Below the pieces are notes generated by a model that saw only the letters and a list, made by a program, of their open reading frames with translations, was not told the DNA's origin and did not search any database. Made by a program: the position numbers and the translations under genes. Positions 1 through 7,498 of a DNA stretch of 28,412 nucleotides are shown in pieces. Position 1 is the first letter of the stretch, and every line of letters begins with the position of its first letter. Source of the stretch: a virus (Duplodnaviria > Caudoviricetes); the IMG/VR virus record IMGVR_UViG_3300033067_001261, positions 1-28,412 of that record. One strand, given 5' to 3'.

Positions 1-5
1 TGTTG

Positions 6-40
6 AAAAAATCGGGGCTACGGTTTCGAGGCGTAGCCCC
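6..40 (-). terminator. Rho-independent terminator after groES
   Basis: On the minus strand, stem GGGGCTACG/CGTAGCCCC is followed by GATTTTTT, 50 nt past the groES stop. Confidence 0.8.
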
Positions 41-90
41 TTCTCACCCCATTGCTGAAAGATGCAAGGGTTGCCTTGTTAGGGCATTTT

Positions 91-390
91 CTATTCCAGC
101 ACAGCAACAACGTCCGTTTCCCGCAACCAGAAGAACTCAGGTTGTTCGCCTGCATTCGGCTGGATGGGATGAACGCCCATGCCTCTCGGGTTGGCAAGGA
201 TCTTGTCGCCCTCTTTGACCGTAGGTGTCAAACGTGATCCGTCAGGCAACACTCCACCGGGACCAACAGCTACGACCACATACGTGTTCGGAGCTTCGTT
301 GACAATGTCCGGAAGGATGATGCCCGATGCTGTGGCATTGGTCTTCTGGGGTTCACGAACGATCACATAGTCATACAGCGGCTGGAACAT
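91..390 (-). CDS. groES: Co-chaperonin GroES (Cpn10), phage-encoded
   Basis: MFQPLYDYVIV, TASGIILPD mobile loop, VVAVGPG, VKEGDKIL and LRETDVVAVLE all match Cpn10. Start moved to ATG 390, which has a GAGG RBS. Confidence 0.95.
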   Translation of the reverse strand: MFQPLYDYVIVREPQKTNATASGIILPDIVNEAPNTYVVVAVGPGGVLPDGSRLTPTVKEGDKILANPRGMGVHPIQPNAGEQPEFFWLRETDVVAVLE

Positions 391-628
391 TGTAAACCTC
401 AAGTTGTGTGGCAGATTCGGTGTGGGCTTTGGCAGCGTTGAAGTACTCGTGCCACAGTTCATTCAAACGGACACGGACAGGGTCACAAATAGCATGATCG
501 ATGAGCTCGTCTTGTCGAAGATCATTGAGCAAGGACAATGCCTTGTAGATCCGACCGGCTTTTAGATTGTAGTACTCGGCATTGTGAAGATGCTCTTCAT
601 ATGCCGTGAGGCTGTTGTCTGCATGCAT
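371..628 (-). CDS. Hypothetical protein
   Basis: 85-aa ORF tightly packed between its neighbours, with a TAATG-type junction to the upstream gene. Confidence 0.7.
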   Translation of the reverse strand: MHADNSLTAYEEHLHNAEYYNLKAGRIYKALSLLNDLRQDELIDHAICDPVRVRLNELWHEYFNAAKAHTESATQLEVYNVPAAV

Positions 629-882
629 TACCAGTCTCCGCTGTTGTTGTTGGAGCCGTAGTTCTCACGCTTCATCTTGGCTGCCTTAAAGCCATCGATC
701 TCGGTCTTGAATGCGATCTGTTTCAACTGGTCGTAGACCTCACCAACTTCCGCAGCTGTCTTGGCTGTTGCTTGGACGGTGATCGTCTCCTGATGAACGT
801 ATGGTTGACCCGTCTTCGAGTCGATTTTCGAGGAGCGGACTTGCTTGCTCCGGCTGTGTGAGACGACGATGTTTTCTAGCAT
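628..882 (-). CDS. Hypothetical protein
   Basis: 84-aa ORF with GGAAGG upstream of the ATG and a coupled stop/start with the next gene. Confidence 0.75.
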   Translation of the reverse strand: MLENIVVSHSRSKQVRSSKIDSKTGQPYVHQETITVQATAKTAAEVGEVYDQLKQIAFKTEIDGFKAAKMKRENYGSNNNSGDW

Positions 883-1069
883 CGTGACCTTCCAAAATGA
901 GTGATTCGAAAAATTCGGACTGAGCCCGTGACTTGTATTCGGATGGATCGTCCTGGTTGTAGATCTCCAGGTACCAGAGCTCGTTATCGTGCTCTTCTTG
1001 CATGCGTTTAGCTATGCTCATAGACTGCTCCGCCTCTGCTTGTAGACAGAAGTCTGTGGTGCGTGACAT
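740..1069 (-). CDS. Hypothetical acidic protein
   Basis: Strong GGAGAAC RBS before the ATG. The C-terminus overlaps the next gene by 143 nt. Confidence 0.65.
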   Translation of the reverse strand: MSRTTDFCLQAEAEQSMSIAKRMQEEHDNELWYLEIYNQDDPSEYKSRAQSEFFESLILEGHDARKHRRLTQPEQASPLLENRLEDGSTIRSSGDDHRPSNSQDSCGSW

Positions 1070-1244
1070 GGTCGTTCTCCGTGAAATCGTTGTCGTAGGT
1101 GAGCCGGTACAGATCGTCCAGCTCTTCTTCGGTCATCTCACGGAACAAGGGGTGTGTCGCTTCGAAGTAGCGCATGGCTTCTTCCTTGTCGAAGTCGCTT
1201 TTTTCAGCCTTCTCTCCGTGACAATATTCGGTATTTTGAGGCAT
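1008..1244 (-). CDS. Hypothetical acidic protein (start uncertain: 1286, 1244 or 1175)
   Basis: First ORF of the leftward cluster, acidic and helical in composition. Confidence 0.55.
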   Translation of the reverse strand: MPQNTEYCHGEKAEKSDFDKEEAMRYFEATHPLFREMTEEELDDLYRLTYDNDFTENDHVTHHRLLSTSRGGAVYEHS

Positions 1245-1255
1245 GGATGCAATCC

Positions 1256-1288
1256 GAAAATTCAAACAAACAGTATGAATTTTCATAC
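1256..1288. promoter_or_regulatory. Palindromic candidate operator in a divergent promoter region
   Basis: GTATGAA-TT-TTCATAC palindrome at 1273-1288 plus a partial copy GAAAATTCAAAC at 1256-1267. Confidence 0.5.
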
Positions 1289-1301
1289 ATGAACACAGAC
1301 C

Positions 1302-2129
1302 ATGGTTGAAATCAAGCGCACTCGTGAGTCAGGCCTGCAGCACGTCTACCGTATCTATGAGCCCGGTGACGTGATCCCCGTAGGTACCAGGGTCGTCAAG
1401 TATGGCAGAAGGCGTTCGGCCTTCAAGGGCGACTATGTTGAGGACATCAACGGACGGCTTGTCCCCTTGCTTCAGCGCATCACGATCGATCGCAACAAGC
1501 AGCACACGAACTACATCTTCCCGGGGTTCTGCTGGCAGCCATGGAAGAGCGAGATATTCAGCTATCCCCTCGATAAGGCGGCTGTAGAGCCTCACCTGAC
1601 AGCGAAGCAGCACTATATCGCCATGATGCTCAAGAACGGCCTGGACATCATGGAAGCGGTCAAAAACGCCTACCCTAAGGTCACCAAACGGCGGCTGCTG
1701 TTCCTGGTACGCAATACGTTCCAGTCCAAGGCCTTTGTCATGCACTTTCTCACGGAACTCGGCTATATGTCAAAGCTCAAGACAGCCCTCGAAGCTCGCG
1801 GTATCAACACCGATGTCGTAGCTGATCACATTGCGACCATGATCCATGATCCGGAAGCTGTTCCCAGCCTCAAGAAATGGGCTCTTGAGACAGCCATGGA
1901 AGCCCTCAATGAAGACCCTCGCAAATCAGCCGAGGAGACCGAAGCACGGGAAGTATCGACAACGGCACAACTGGAAGCAGCTATGGCCTCACGCTTTCTG
2001 CCCTCAGCGGACCTCCCAGCCCAGGTTCCTGCGTCGTACACCGTGATTGGAGAGCATGGGGATGCTCGAGTTGCCGATGACACCAAAGGAGCTATACCGG
2101 AAGCTCGTCAGATTGACCCTGGAGCGTGA
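1302..2129 (+). CDS. Probable terminase small subunit with an N-terminal extension
   Basis: LTAKQ...EAVKNAY is HTH-like and is followed by helical ALEARGINTDVVADHI...LKKWALE, resembling TerS. It is adjacent to TerL. Confidence 0.55.
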   Translation: MVEIKRTRESGLQHVYRIYEPGDVIPVGTRVVKYGRRRSAFKGDYVEDINGRLVPLLQRITIDRNKQHTNYIFPGFCWQPWKSEIFSYPLDKAAVEPHLTAKQHYIAMMLKNGLDIMEAVKNAYPKVTKRRLLFLVRNTFQSKAFVMHFLTELGYMSKLKTALEARGINTDVVADHIATMIHDPEAVPSLKKWALETAMEALNEDPRKSAEETEAREVSTTAQLEAAMASRFLPSADLPAQVPASYTVIGEHGDARVADDTKGAIPEARQIDPGA

Positions 2130-3887
2130 CAGAGCGATCGAAACGGCATCAGGGTAATCATCATGCCCCTTGTCAGGTCCGAGGCCTTGTAGCTGTGTCC
2201 AGAACTTACCCAGGATCATCTCCGAGTGCTTCTCATTGTAGAAGAAGTGAGGGTACTTCTGCCATATCGGCTCCATGACCCCAACAATGCGGTCCACCTT
2301 GTTATCCTGAGACACAAACCTGGTGATCTGGCCGGGGAACTTCATTTCTCCGAGCTTCTTGTGTGCTTCCCGGTAGACGTTCTCCTGAGCGTTGTTGCAC
2401 TCGATGACCACTTCCCTGATCGGCACAGCCTTGGCAATGTCGATGATGGAGTCCACGTAGCCTCGTCTGAACTGCTTGTTGCTACGTGTTTCTGCATAGA
2501 TCCCGTAGCCTTTGCCGCCTTCGATGTAGTAGATGAGAGGAGCTACAAAGGATTCTTCCCTATTGGTGTTGGGGATCATGGAGCACCATCTGTGCAGCCC
2601 TGCAGCCACCAGTACGGTATCATCAGCCAAGCGGGACTCTGAGCTGGCAAGGTCAAGGCCAAGCGTCAGATTGGGCAAGGCATACCATTCCCGGTCCTTC
2701 CAGACCATCTTGAGAAGCCATTCGTTGTTCTCGATGACGCACTCCACCTTCACAGATCTGAGCTTATCCCTGTCGAACTTGGCTTCCTCGGGAGCTTCCG
2801 TGATGTTCAGGTACTCTTGATAGAAGTAGCTGATGCGTCCCTGGTCGTACTCACGCTTGTAGAGCTTCAAGATGTAGTACAGATTCTGTCTGTCAGGCCA
2901 TGAGAGCGTTGTCAGCCCTTTCTGGATCTCATCACACGTCTTCCTGTCCGGAACGATGACCGTGTTCATGTCCGTGAACGTGCAGTGCTTCTCAATGACC
3001 TCCTGCAGCTCGTCATAGCTTATGATGGGCTTGTTGATCCCGAACCAGTCCGAAGACCCTTGAATGTGCACAGGAACCGTATCGCGGTTGACGATGGTTC
3101 CGTTGAAGATGGTCTTGCCCTTGACGGTATCTGCTGAGTTCGTCAGCTCTGCGTAGAACCATTTGTTGATGGTCTCACGTCTCTCGGGTGTCTTGGTGTT
3201 GTTGCTGGAGTAGATGTCATCGGCAATGATGAGGCTTGGCCGGTGATTACGAATGTTCGTTCCTCGTACCTGCTGACCTGCACCTTTGCCCAACAAAGCA
3301 GTACCATCAGCCGTAATGAAGGCATTCTGTCTCCATACCGTGTCTCCCTTGATGTCTTCGTCATCGAGCTGGATGAGCTTGGGGTTCTTGTTCCCGAAGA
3401 GCTTGTGCATGTCCTTACGATCGCTGACGTGATTCTTCACGTTCATCACGAAGGCCTCACTCGTCCTACTCGTTTCCGAGCATATCATGATCAGGTCTTC
3501 ACGGATCTCGGGTAACTGGATGATGTCATAGTCATGCAGATCACTTCCTTCCCAGCCCTCTTTGTCAAACCTGACCCATGGCCTTAGTCCCCTCAGCCAT
3601 ATCAGGTAATTGGGGACCAGGAAGGTCATGAGCGTCGTCTTGGCAGCTTCCCGGTGGATGACCACATATGCCTGCCGATCGATACGGTTGGTACGCTCAG
3701 GTCTGTAGAGCTCCCAGAAGATCTTGGCAAGGTCGTAGTGGTGATTAGCGAAGGGATGAGAGAACACGTCAGGGAAATACTTCTTTCCGAATCGGAACAA
3801 GCCCATTTTATCGTACATGGAGCGTGGTGCCGTGTTGTCCAATACCTCCATGAGCTCGTCTACCGATGCTCGTCCTGTGAATGCCAT
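2004..3887 (-). CDS. terL: Terminase large subunit
   Basis: Walker A-like HREAAKTT, GQQVRG, Walker B LIIADD, coupling motif GT, and RNase H-like nuclease motifs GLDLAS, VIECN and HDDYPDA. Start taken at ATG 3887. Confidence 0.93.
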   Translation of the reverse strand: MAFTGRASVDELMEVLDNTAPRSMYDKMGLFRFGKKYFPDVFSHPFANHHYDLAKIFWELYRPERTNRIDRQAYVVIHREAAKTTLMTFLVPNYLIWLRGLRPWVRFDKEGWEGSDLHDYDIIQLPEIREDLIMICSETSRTSEAFVMNVKNHVSDRKDMHKLFGNKNPKLIQLDDEDIKGDTVWRQNAFITADGTALLGKGAGQQVRGTNIRNHRPSLIIADDIYSSNNTKTPERRETINKWFYAELTNSADTVKGKTIFNGTIVNRDTVPVHIQGSSDWFGINKPIISYDELQEVIEKHCTFTDMNTVIVPDRKTCDEIQKGLTTLSWPDRQNLYYILKLYKREYDQGRISYFYQEYLNITEAPEEAKFDRDKLRSVKVECVIENNEWLLKMVWKDREWYALPNLTLGLDLASSESRLADDTVLVAAGLHRWCSMIPNTNREESFVAPLIYYIEGGKGYGIYAETRSNKQFRRGYVDSIIDIAKAVPIREVVIECNNAQENVYREAHKKLGEMKFPGQITRFVSQDNKVDRIVGVMEPIWQKYPHFFYNEKHSEMILGKFWTQLQGLGPDKGHDDYPDAVSIALSRSRVNLTSFRYSSFGVIGNSSIPMLSNHGVRRRNLGWEVR

Positions 3888-3987
3888 AATGAGCCTTTCC
3901 CTTGGCCGTGGAAGCGTTTTTATCTGTGAAAGCACAAGCAATATAGGAGCCGTCTGATTAATACGCTCACAGCCCGAAGCTGCATTT

Positions 3988-4016
3988 AAAAAGGGGAAGC
4001 TATGGTGCTTCCCCTT
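3988..4016 (-). terminator. Rho-independent terminator
   Basis: Stem AAGGGGAAGC/GCTTCCCCTT followed by a T-run on the minus strand, just after the stop at 4026. Confidence 0.85.
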
Positions 4017-4025
4017 ACTACTATC

Positions 4026-4478
4026 TTATGCTGCTTGAGCTACCTGCTGCTGCTCACGTACTTCGAACGCACTCTTCACTCCGAATGGCTCAAGGCGAAG
4101 CGTATAGCTTGGCACTGTGATTTCATCGGGAGACTTCGGACGTGCTTTGTACACGAACATTCGAAGTTGCGTTGTCGGGTTTCCGTTTTCATCCGTATTG
4201 AACGGAATGATGACGGGAGCATTCAGCTTGGGATAGCCACCATTTTCGGTGAGTCCTGCAGCTAGGAGCTGCTCCATCACAAAGTGCTCAAGAGCGGTCT
4301 TTGCGAAGATGTTGGTCACACGGTCTGTCCATGTGCTCAGATACTGGAATGCGCTGTTGTCTGCAGCGACATCTGCACGTACATAGCTCTTGCTGAGCAA
4401 TGCACGAAGAGTGTCAGCTACGCCTTCCGGAATGGATGGGACAATAGCTGTGGCGACGATCTGGAGAAGCGATACCAT
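4026..4478 (-). CDS. Hypothetical protein
   Basis: 150-aa ORF with an AGGAG RBS and a downstream terminator. Confidence 0.85.
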   Translation of the reverse strand: MVSLLQIVATAIVPSIPEGVADTLRALLSKSYVRADVAADNSAFQYLSTWTDRVTNIFAKTALEHFVMEQLLAAGLTENGGYPKLNAPVIIPFNTDENGNPTTQLRMFVYKARPKSPDEITVPSYTLRLEPFGVKSAFEVREQQQVAQAA

Positions 4479-4529
4479 AACGGTACTCCTGTAAAGATGT
4501 GAAGAACAAATGCAGTCTTTCCTACATGC

Positions 4530-4561
4530 AAAAAGCCCATACGAATGAACGCACGGGCTTT
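4530..4561 (-). terminator. Rho-independent terminator
   Basis: Minus-strand stem GCCCGTGCG/CGTATGGGC (G-U pairs work only on this strand) followed by TTTTT. Confidence 0.8.
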
Positions 4562-4568
4562 AAGGACA

Positions 4569-4787
4569 TCAGGACGAATAGAATCCGTCGTAGTCGAACA
4601 CAAGGCAGTTCTCGTCCACATACTTGACAGCAAAGAGCTTCTCAAGTACATCATGAACGGTCTTGCCTGTGATTTCCCGATTGCCGTACTTGACAGCGAA
4701 GGGATTAAAATCCTTGTCAAAGGACTGGTTCATGGTCAGAACGACTTGCTGACCATTGGTGTAGATGACGTGCTTGATAGCTGCCAT
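4569..4787 (-). CDS. Hypothetical protein
   Basis: 72-aa ORF with a leader hairpin upstream and a terminator downstream. Confidence 0.75.
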   Translation of the reverse strand: MAAIKHVIYTNGQQVVLTMNQSFDKDFNPFAVKYGNREITGKTVHDVLEKLFAVKYVDENCLVFDYDGFYSS

Positions 4788-4847
4788 GACGATAACCCTG
4801 AACGTGAAGAACGCTTACTGCGGGTTATCATACATTGGGGACAATGG

Positions 4848-5072
4848 TCATTGAATGCGACGACCGAACATTGCAGATCGGGCGATAAAGCTGGACGCTT
4901 GGAAGAAGAATTCTGCTGTCAGCTCGTTTCTTTCCCATTCACGTTCAAGTCGTTCTAATGCGTCCAATGCTTCTTGTTCATTCAAAATCTGAACGTCCGG
5001 AATGTACTTGTGCGTTTTGAGCACAGAAACGATTTCGCTTGGATACATTATTCGCATCATGATAGACTCCAT
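4848..5072 (-). CDS. Hypothetical protein
   Basis: 74-aa ORF overlapping the upstream ORF by 16 nt. Confidence 0.65.
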   Translation of the reverse strand: MESIMMRIMYPSEIVSVLKTHKYIPDVQILNEQEALDALERLEREWERNELTAEFFFQASSFIARSAMFGRRIQ

Positions 5073-5275
5073 TGGATTTGTTGCAGAGCTTCCATTTCAT
5101 CGAATGGATTCATTCGTGCTTCTGCTTCCATTCCATCCAGAATGGCTTCTTCTTCCTCGAAGATGCTACGCAGAATGTCTTTGTCTGCGCTTGGGTCAAT
5201 AGCTAACGCTATGTCGTACAACATGGCAATACTCCTGTTTGTGCCATTTGTCCTACATTCAGCCATCAGCCACAA
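5057..5275 (-). CDS. Hypothetical acidic protein (true start probably internal, MLYDIA)
   Basis: AGGAG precedes the internal ATG, and the ORF is acidic. Confidence 0.6.
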   Translation of the reverse strand: MWLMAECRTNGTNRSIAMLYDIALAIDPSADKDILRSIFEEEEAILDGMEAEARMNPFDEMEALQQIQWSLS

Positions 5276-5281
5276 TTATGG

Positions 5282-5301
5282 AAAAAGCCCCGAAGGGCTT
5301 A
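5282..5301 (-). terminator. Rho-independent terminator with a cUUCGg loop
   Basis: Minus strand reads TAAGCCC-TTCG-GGGCTTTTT and overlaps the stop codon. Confidence 0.85.
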
Positions 5302-5475
5302 ACTACGTACACGACCGGTTTCGTATTCTTTTATCGCTATTTCAAGCGCTTCGGCTTTATCCAGCGACTTCATGGCTTCCTTCAAGTCAGGGTTATTATT
5401 GGCATCATACAATGCCCAACCAAGGTCTTCGATGGCTTGCAAATAACCAGCATCATTGGCGATGAAGATGAACAT
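5299..5475 (-). CDS. Hypothetical protein
   Basis: GGAG RBS before ATG 5475 (MFIFIANDAGY), 58 aa, with a terminator at the stop. Confidence 0.7.
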   Translation of the reverse strand: MFIFIANDAGYLQAIEDLGWALYDANNNPDLKEAMKSLDKAEALEIAIKEYETGRVRS

Positions 5476-5571
5476 GGACGTACTCCAAATGAGGTAAAAC
5501 AATTCCAAGCTATCCTACATTAAGCACTGGTGTTCTCCCCTCCTCCTTCCCCAAGTTAAGGGGTGAATGTG

Positions 5572-5592
5572 AAAAAACCCCATTAAGGGGTT
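5572..5592 (-). terminator. Rho-independent terminator
   Basis: Minus strand reads AACCCC-TTAAT-GGGGTTTTTT and overlaps the stop codon. Confidence 0.75.
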
Positions 5593-5815
5593 AGAAGGGA
5601 ACATCATCGAAAGTCTCGTTACGCCATCCTGGTTGTGTTATGTCCCATTCGGCGTTACGCTCTTCGATGACCAGTTTACTGAGCTGAGCGAACTCTTCCT
5701 CGAGACCATAGAGAAGGTCATATTGGTCGTAGTCTCTGAGTTCTCTGTACCGTTTGCGTTGCTCTTCTGTCATGGCTTTGGCCTTTAGTTGTTGATAGTG
5801 CAGGTTATCGTACAT
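5591..5815 (-). CDS. Small protein ending in an SSB-like acidic tip (FDDVPF)
   Basis: 74-aa ORF. Its C-terminus matches the bacterial SSB C-terminal DDIPF motif. Confidence 0.7.
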   Translation of the reverse strand: MYDNLHYQQLKAKAMTEEQRKRYRELRDYDQYDLLYGLEEEFAQLSKLVIEERNAEWDITQPGWRNETFDDVPF

Positions 5816-5915
5816 CTACGTACCATTCGCCTTTATCGAAGGAGAGGCAGTAGCGACTGCGAAGCTAGGAGCTATTGCACTCGACTGAGATGAGAGGATT
5901 ATTGTGTCTATGGTA

Positions 5916-6204
5916 GGGGTACTGAACCGAAGACCCCGGAGGGGGATGAGGTAGTGGGGAGACCCTGAAGTTGTGGTTGAAACATAGGGGGATGGGGTCT
6001 CCTTACAGAATGTGTACAGTATTCTCCCAGATCCTGAGGTTGAATTTGGGGTTAGACGATCCCAAAATTTTTTCCAAATTTTTTGAGGATTTCGGGGTAT
6101 TTCTGGGGATACTGACGATCTGGGGAAACAGGTCTTTTCCCTATATAATTATAGTAGTATAATCTTTCTTTCTTCTCTTAATTAGTAATATAGTTAAGAG
6201 AAGA
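5916..6204. other. Non-coding G-run, A/T-tract and inverted-repeat region (candidate genome end, pac site or origin)
   Basis: Nine runs of at least four G on the + strand, tandem CAAA(A)TTTTTT at 6063-6084, an AT-rich core, and an 11-bp perfect inverted repeat at 6171-6181/6194-6204. Confidence 0.45.
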
Positions 6205-6316
6205 GAGACTTCGTCATGGGTCCCTATGTCCCAAAAATATGTGTTGGGTATGACATAATCAAGAGTAGATATACGTAGCTTGATTGAAAATGAAAGAAGG
6301 GGGTCTAAGTAGCTGG

Positions 6317-6408
6317 AAAGAAAAAGCCCCTACTGCATTCTTATGCGCTGGGGGTTCACTGGCCTGCCAAATAAAAGCCCCTACCGGGGGTTATTCGGAA
6401 AGGGCTTT
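6317..6408 (-). terminator. Tandem intrinsic terminators ending the leftward replication operon
   Basis: Two hairpins (about 6317-6356 and 6369-6408), each ending GTAGGGGCTTTT on the minus strand. Confidence 0.7.
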
Positions 6409-6409
6409 C

Positions 6410-6695
6410 TTCCAGATCGTCTAGATCGATCTGACGCTTAGAAGGTCACGAATGGTTGGGGTATCGACACACCATCAAAGCCGAGTACCATTCCGTTATG
6501 GGTACCACTACGGAGCTGTTCCCGAATGGGTGCAGAAGGAGAGAGCTACTCTCCGCTTCACTTTCCCAATAGGCCGTCGCTGATCTCACGGGCTGGTTCT
6601 CTGAGGGTCATTCCCGGCATAAGCCCGGTATCCTCAGAGTTCCGTTCAGGTAGGATTTTGGACAAAGGCTCCTTTGGTGCTACCCCACCAATCTT
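6410..6695 (-). ncRNA. Candidate structured RNA or long 3' trailer
   Basis: About seven consecutive stem-loops and no convincing ORF between the stop at 6703 and the double terminator. Confidence 0.3.
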
Positions 6696-6702
6696 TCTGT
6701 AA

Positions 6703-6927
6703 CTATTCAAACCCCCACCGGTAGTTTCTACCAGCGACCATGAAGCCCTTGCAAGACACCCGACCCTTGTCAAGGATCTCGCGGCTGATGAGATTGTAAG
6801 CGTAGAGGCTCATGTCTCGCTGTGTTGCGGGCTCATATTCTACCCGCTCGCCGGTGGTGCATTCTTGCTGAATCGGTATCAGCATGATCTCCACTTGCCT
6901 TAGTCCGTTGTAAAACGGGTCTTCCAT
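6703..6927 (-). CDS. Hypothetical protein
   Basis: GAGGA RBS, last ORF of the operon. Confidence 0.7.
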   Translation of the reverse strand: MEDPFYNGLRQVEIMLIPIQQECTTGERVEYEPATQRDMSLYAYNLISREILDKGRVSCKGFMVAGRNYRWGFE

Positions 6928-6934
6928 TTCTTCC

Positions 6935-7495
6935 TCACGTTATCATGTTGAACAAATTGAGCTGGACGGGTTCATCGATCAGCACGTAGGCTTCTGCTTT
7001 GAAGATCCTTCGGGCAGGTTCGTCGTCACCGGGTTCGGTAGGGAACCATCCGCAGTCTCGATAGCCTGCCTCGATCCATTCCTTGATCTTGTCGGTATCG
7101 TTCCTGTCCAGGGACCATTCCATGAATGCCAAGCCGGGGATGAGACCCAGACGCTCTACCTTGTGGATCAGGACCGCCCATCCGCACACGTCATTGTTGG
7201 AGACGAAGCCGTAGGCCTGCTTCTTGGGAAATGCTTTGATCTCTGCGACAACTGCGTCTAGATCGATCGCAGCTTGCTTGACGACGTTGAGGTTCAGCAC
7301 GGCTATGTCAAAGTACATTTCCGATGCCTTCACTACGCCCTCGGGTGGACCCAGTTGGATGTCCAGAATGCGGTAGTGCTCTCTCGGTCCATAGGGGCCA
7401 TATTCTCCATGCACCTGCTTGCCTGATCCGGGGTGAACCACGAAGTAGGTCGTCCCGATTCTCCAGTCCTCAGGGGTCATTTTGCGGTAGAGCAT
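6935..7495 (-). CDS. Hypothetical protein with a C-terminal QLNLF clamp-binding-like motif
   Basis: 186-aa ORF starting 3 nt after the upstream stop. Confidence 0.8.
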   Translation of the reverse strand: MLYRKMTPEDWRIGTTYFVVHPGSGKQVHGEYGPYGPREHYRILDIQLGPPEGVVKASEMYFDIAVLNLNVVKQAAIDLDAVVAEIKAFPKKQAYGFVSNNDVCGWAVLIHKVERLGLIPGLAFMEWSLDRNDTDKIKEWIEAGYRDCGWFPTEPGDDEPARRIFKAEAYVLIDEPVQLNLFNMIT

Positions 7496-7498
7496 TTC

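Noticed and set aside
3957-3970. ATTAATACGCTCAC resembles the T7 promoter
   Set aside because: It is a single copy with a one-base deletion and no TATAG, points antisense to local genes, and no RNA polymerase is in the window.
6232-6263. Bacteroidota-type TAnnTTTG promoter on the minus strand
   Set aside because: It is a single match in AT-rich DNA with an imperfect -33 box, and is not repeated before other genes.
6605-6640. CUGAGGA plus a stem on the minus strand, resembling a hammerhead core
   Set aside because: The required GAAA reads GAAU and I could not build stems I and III.
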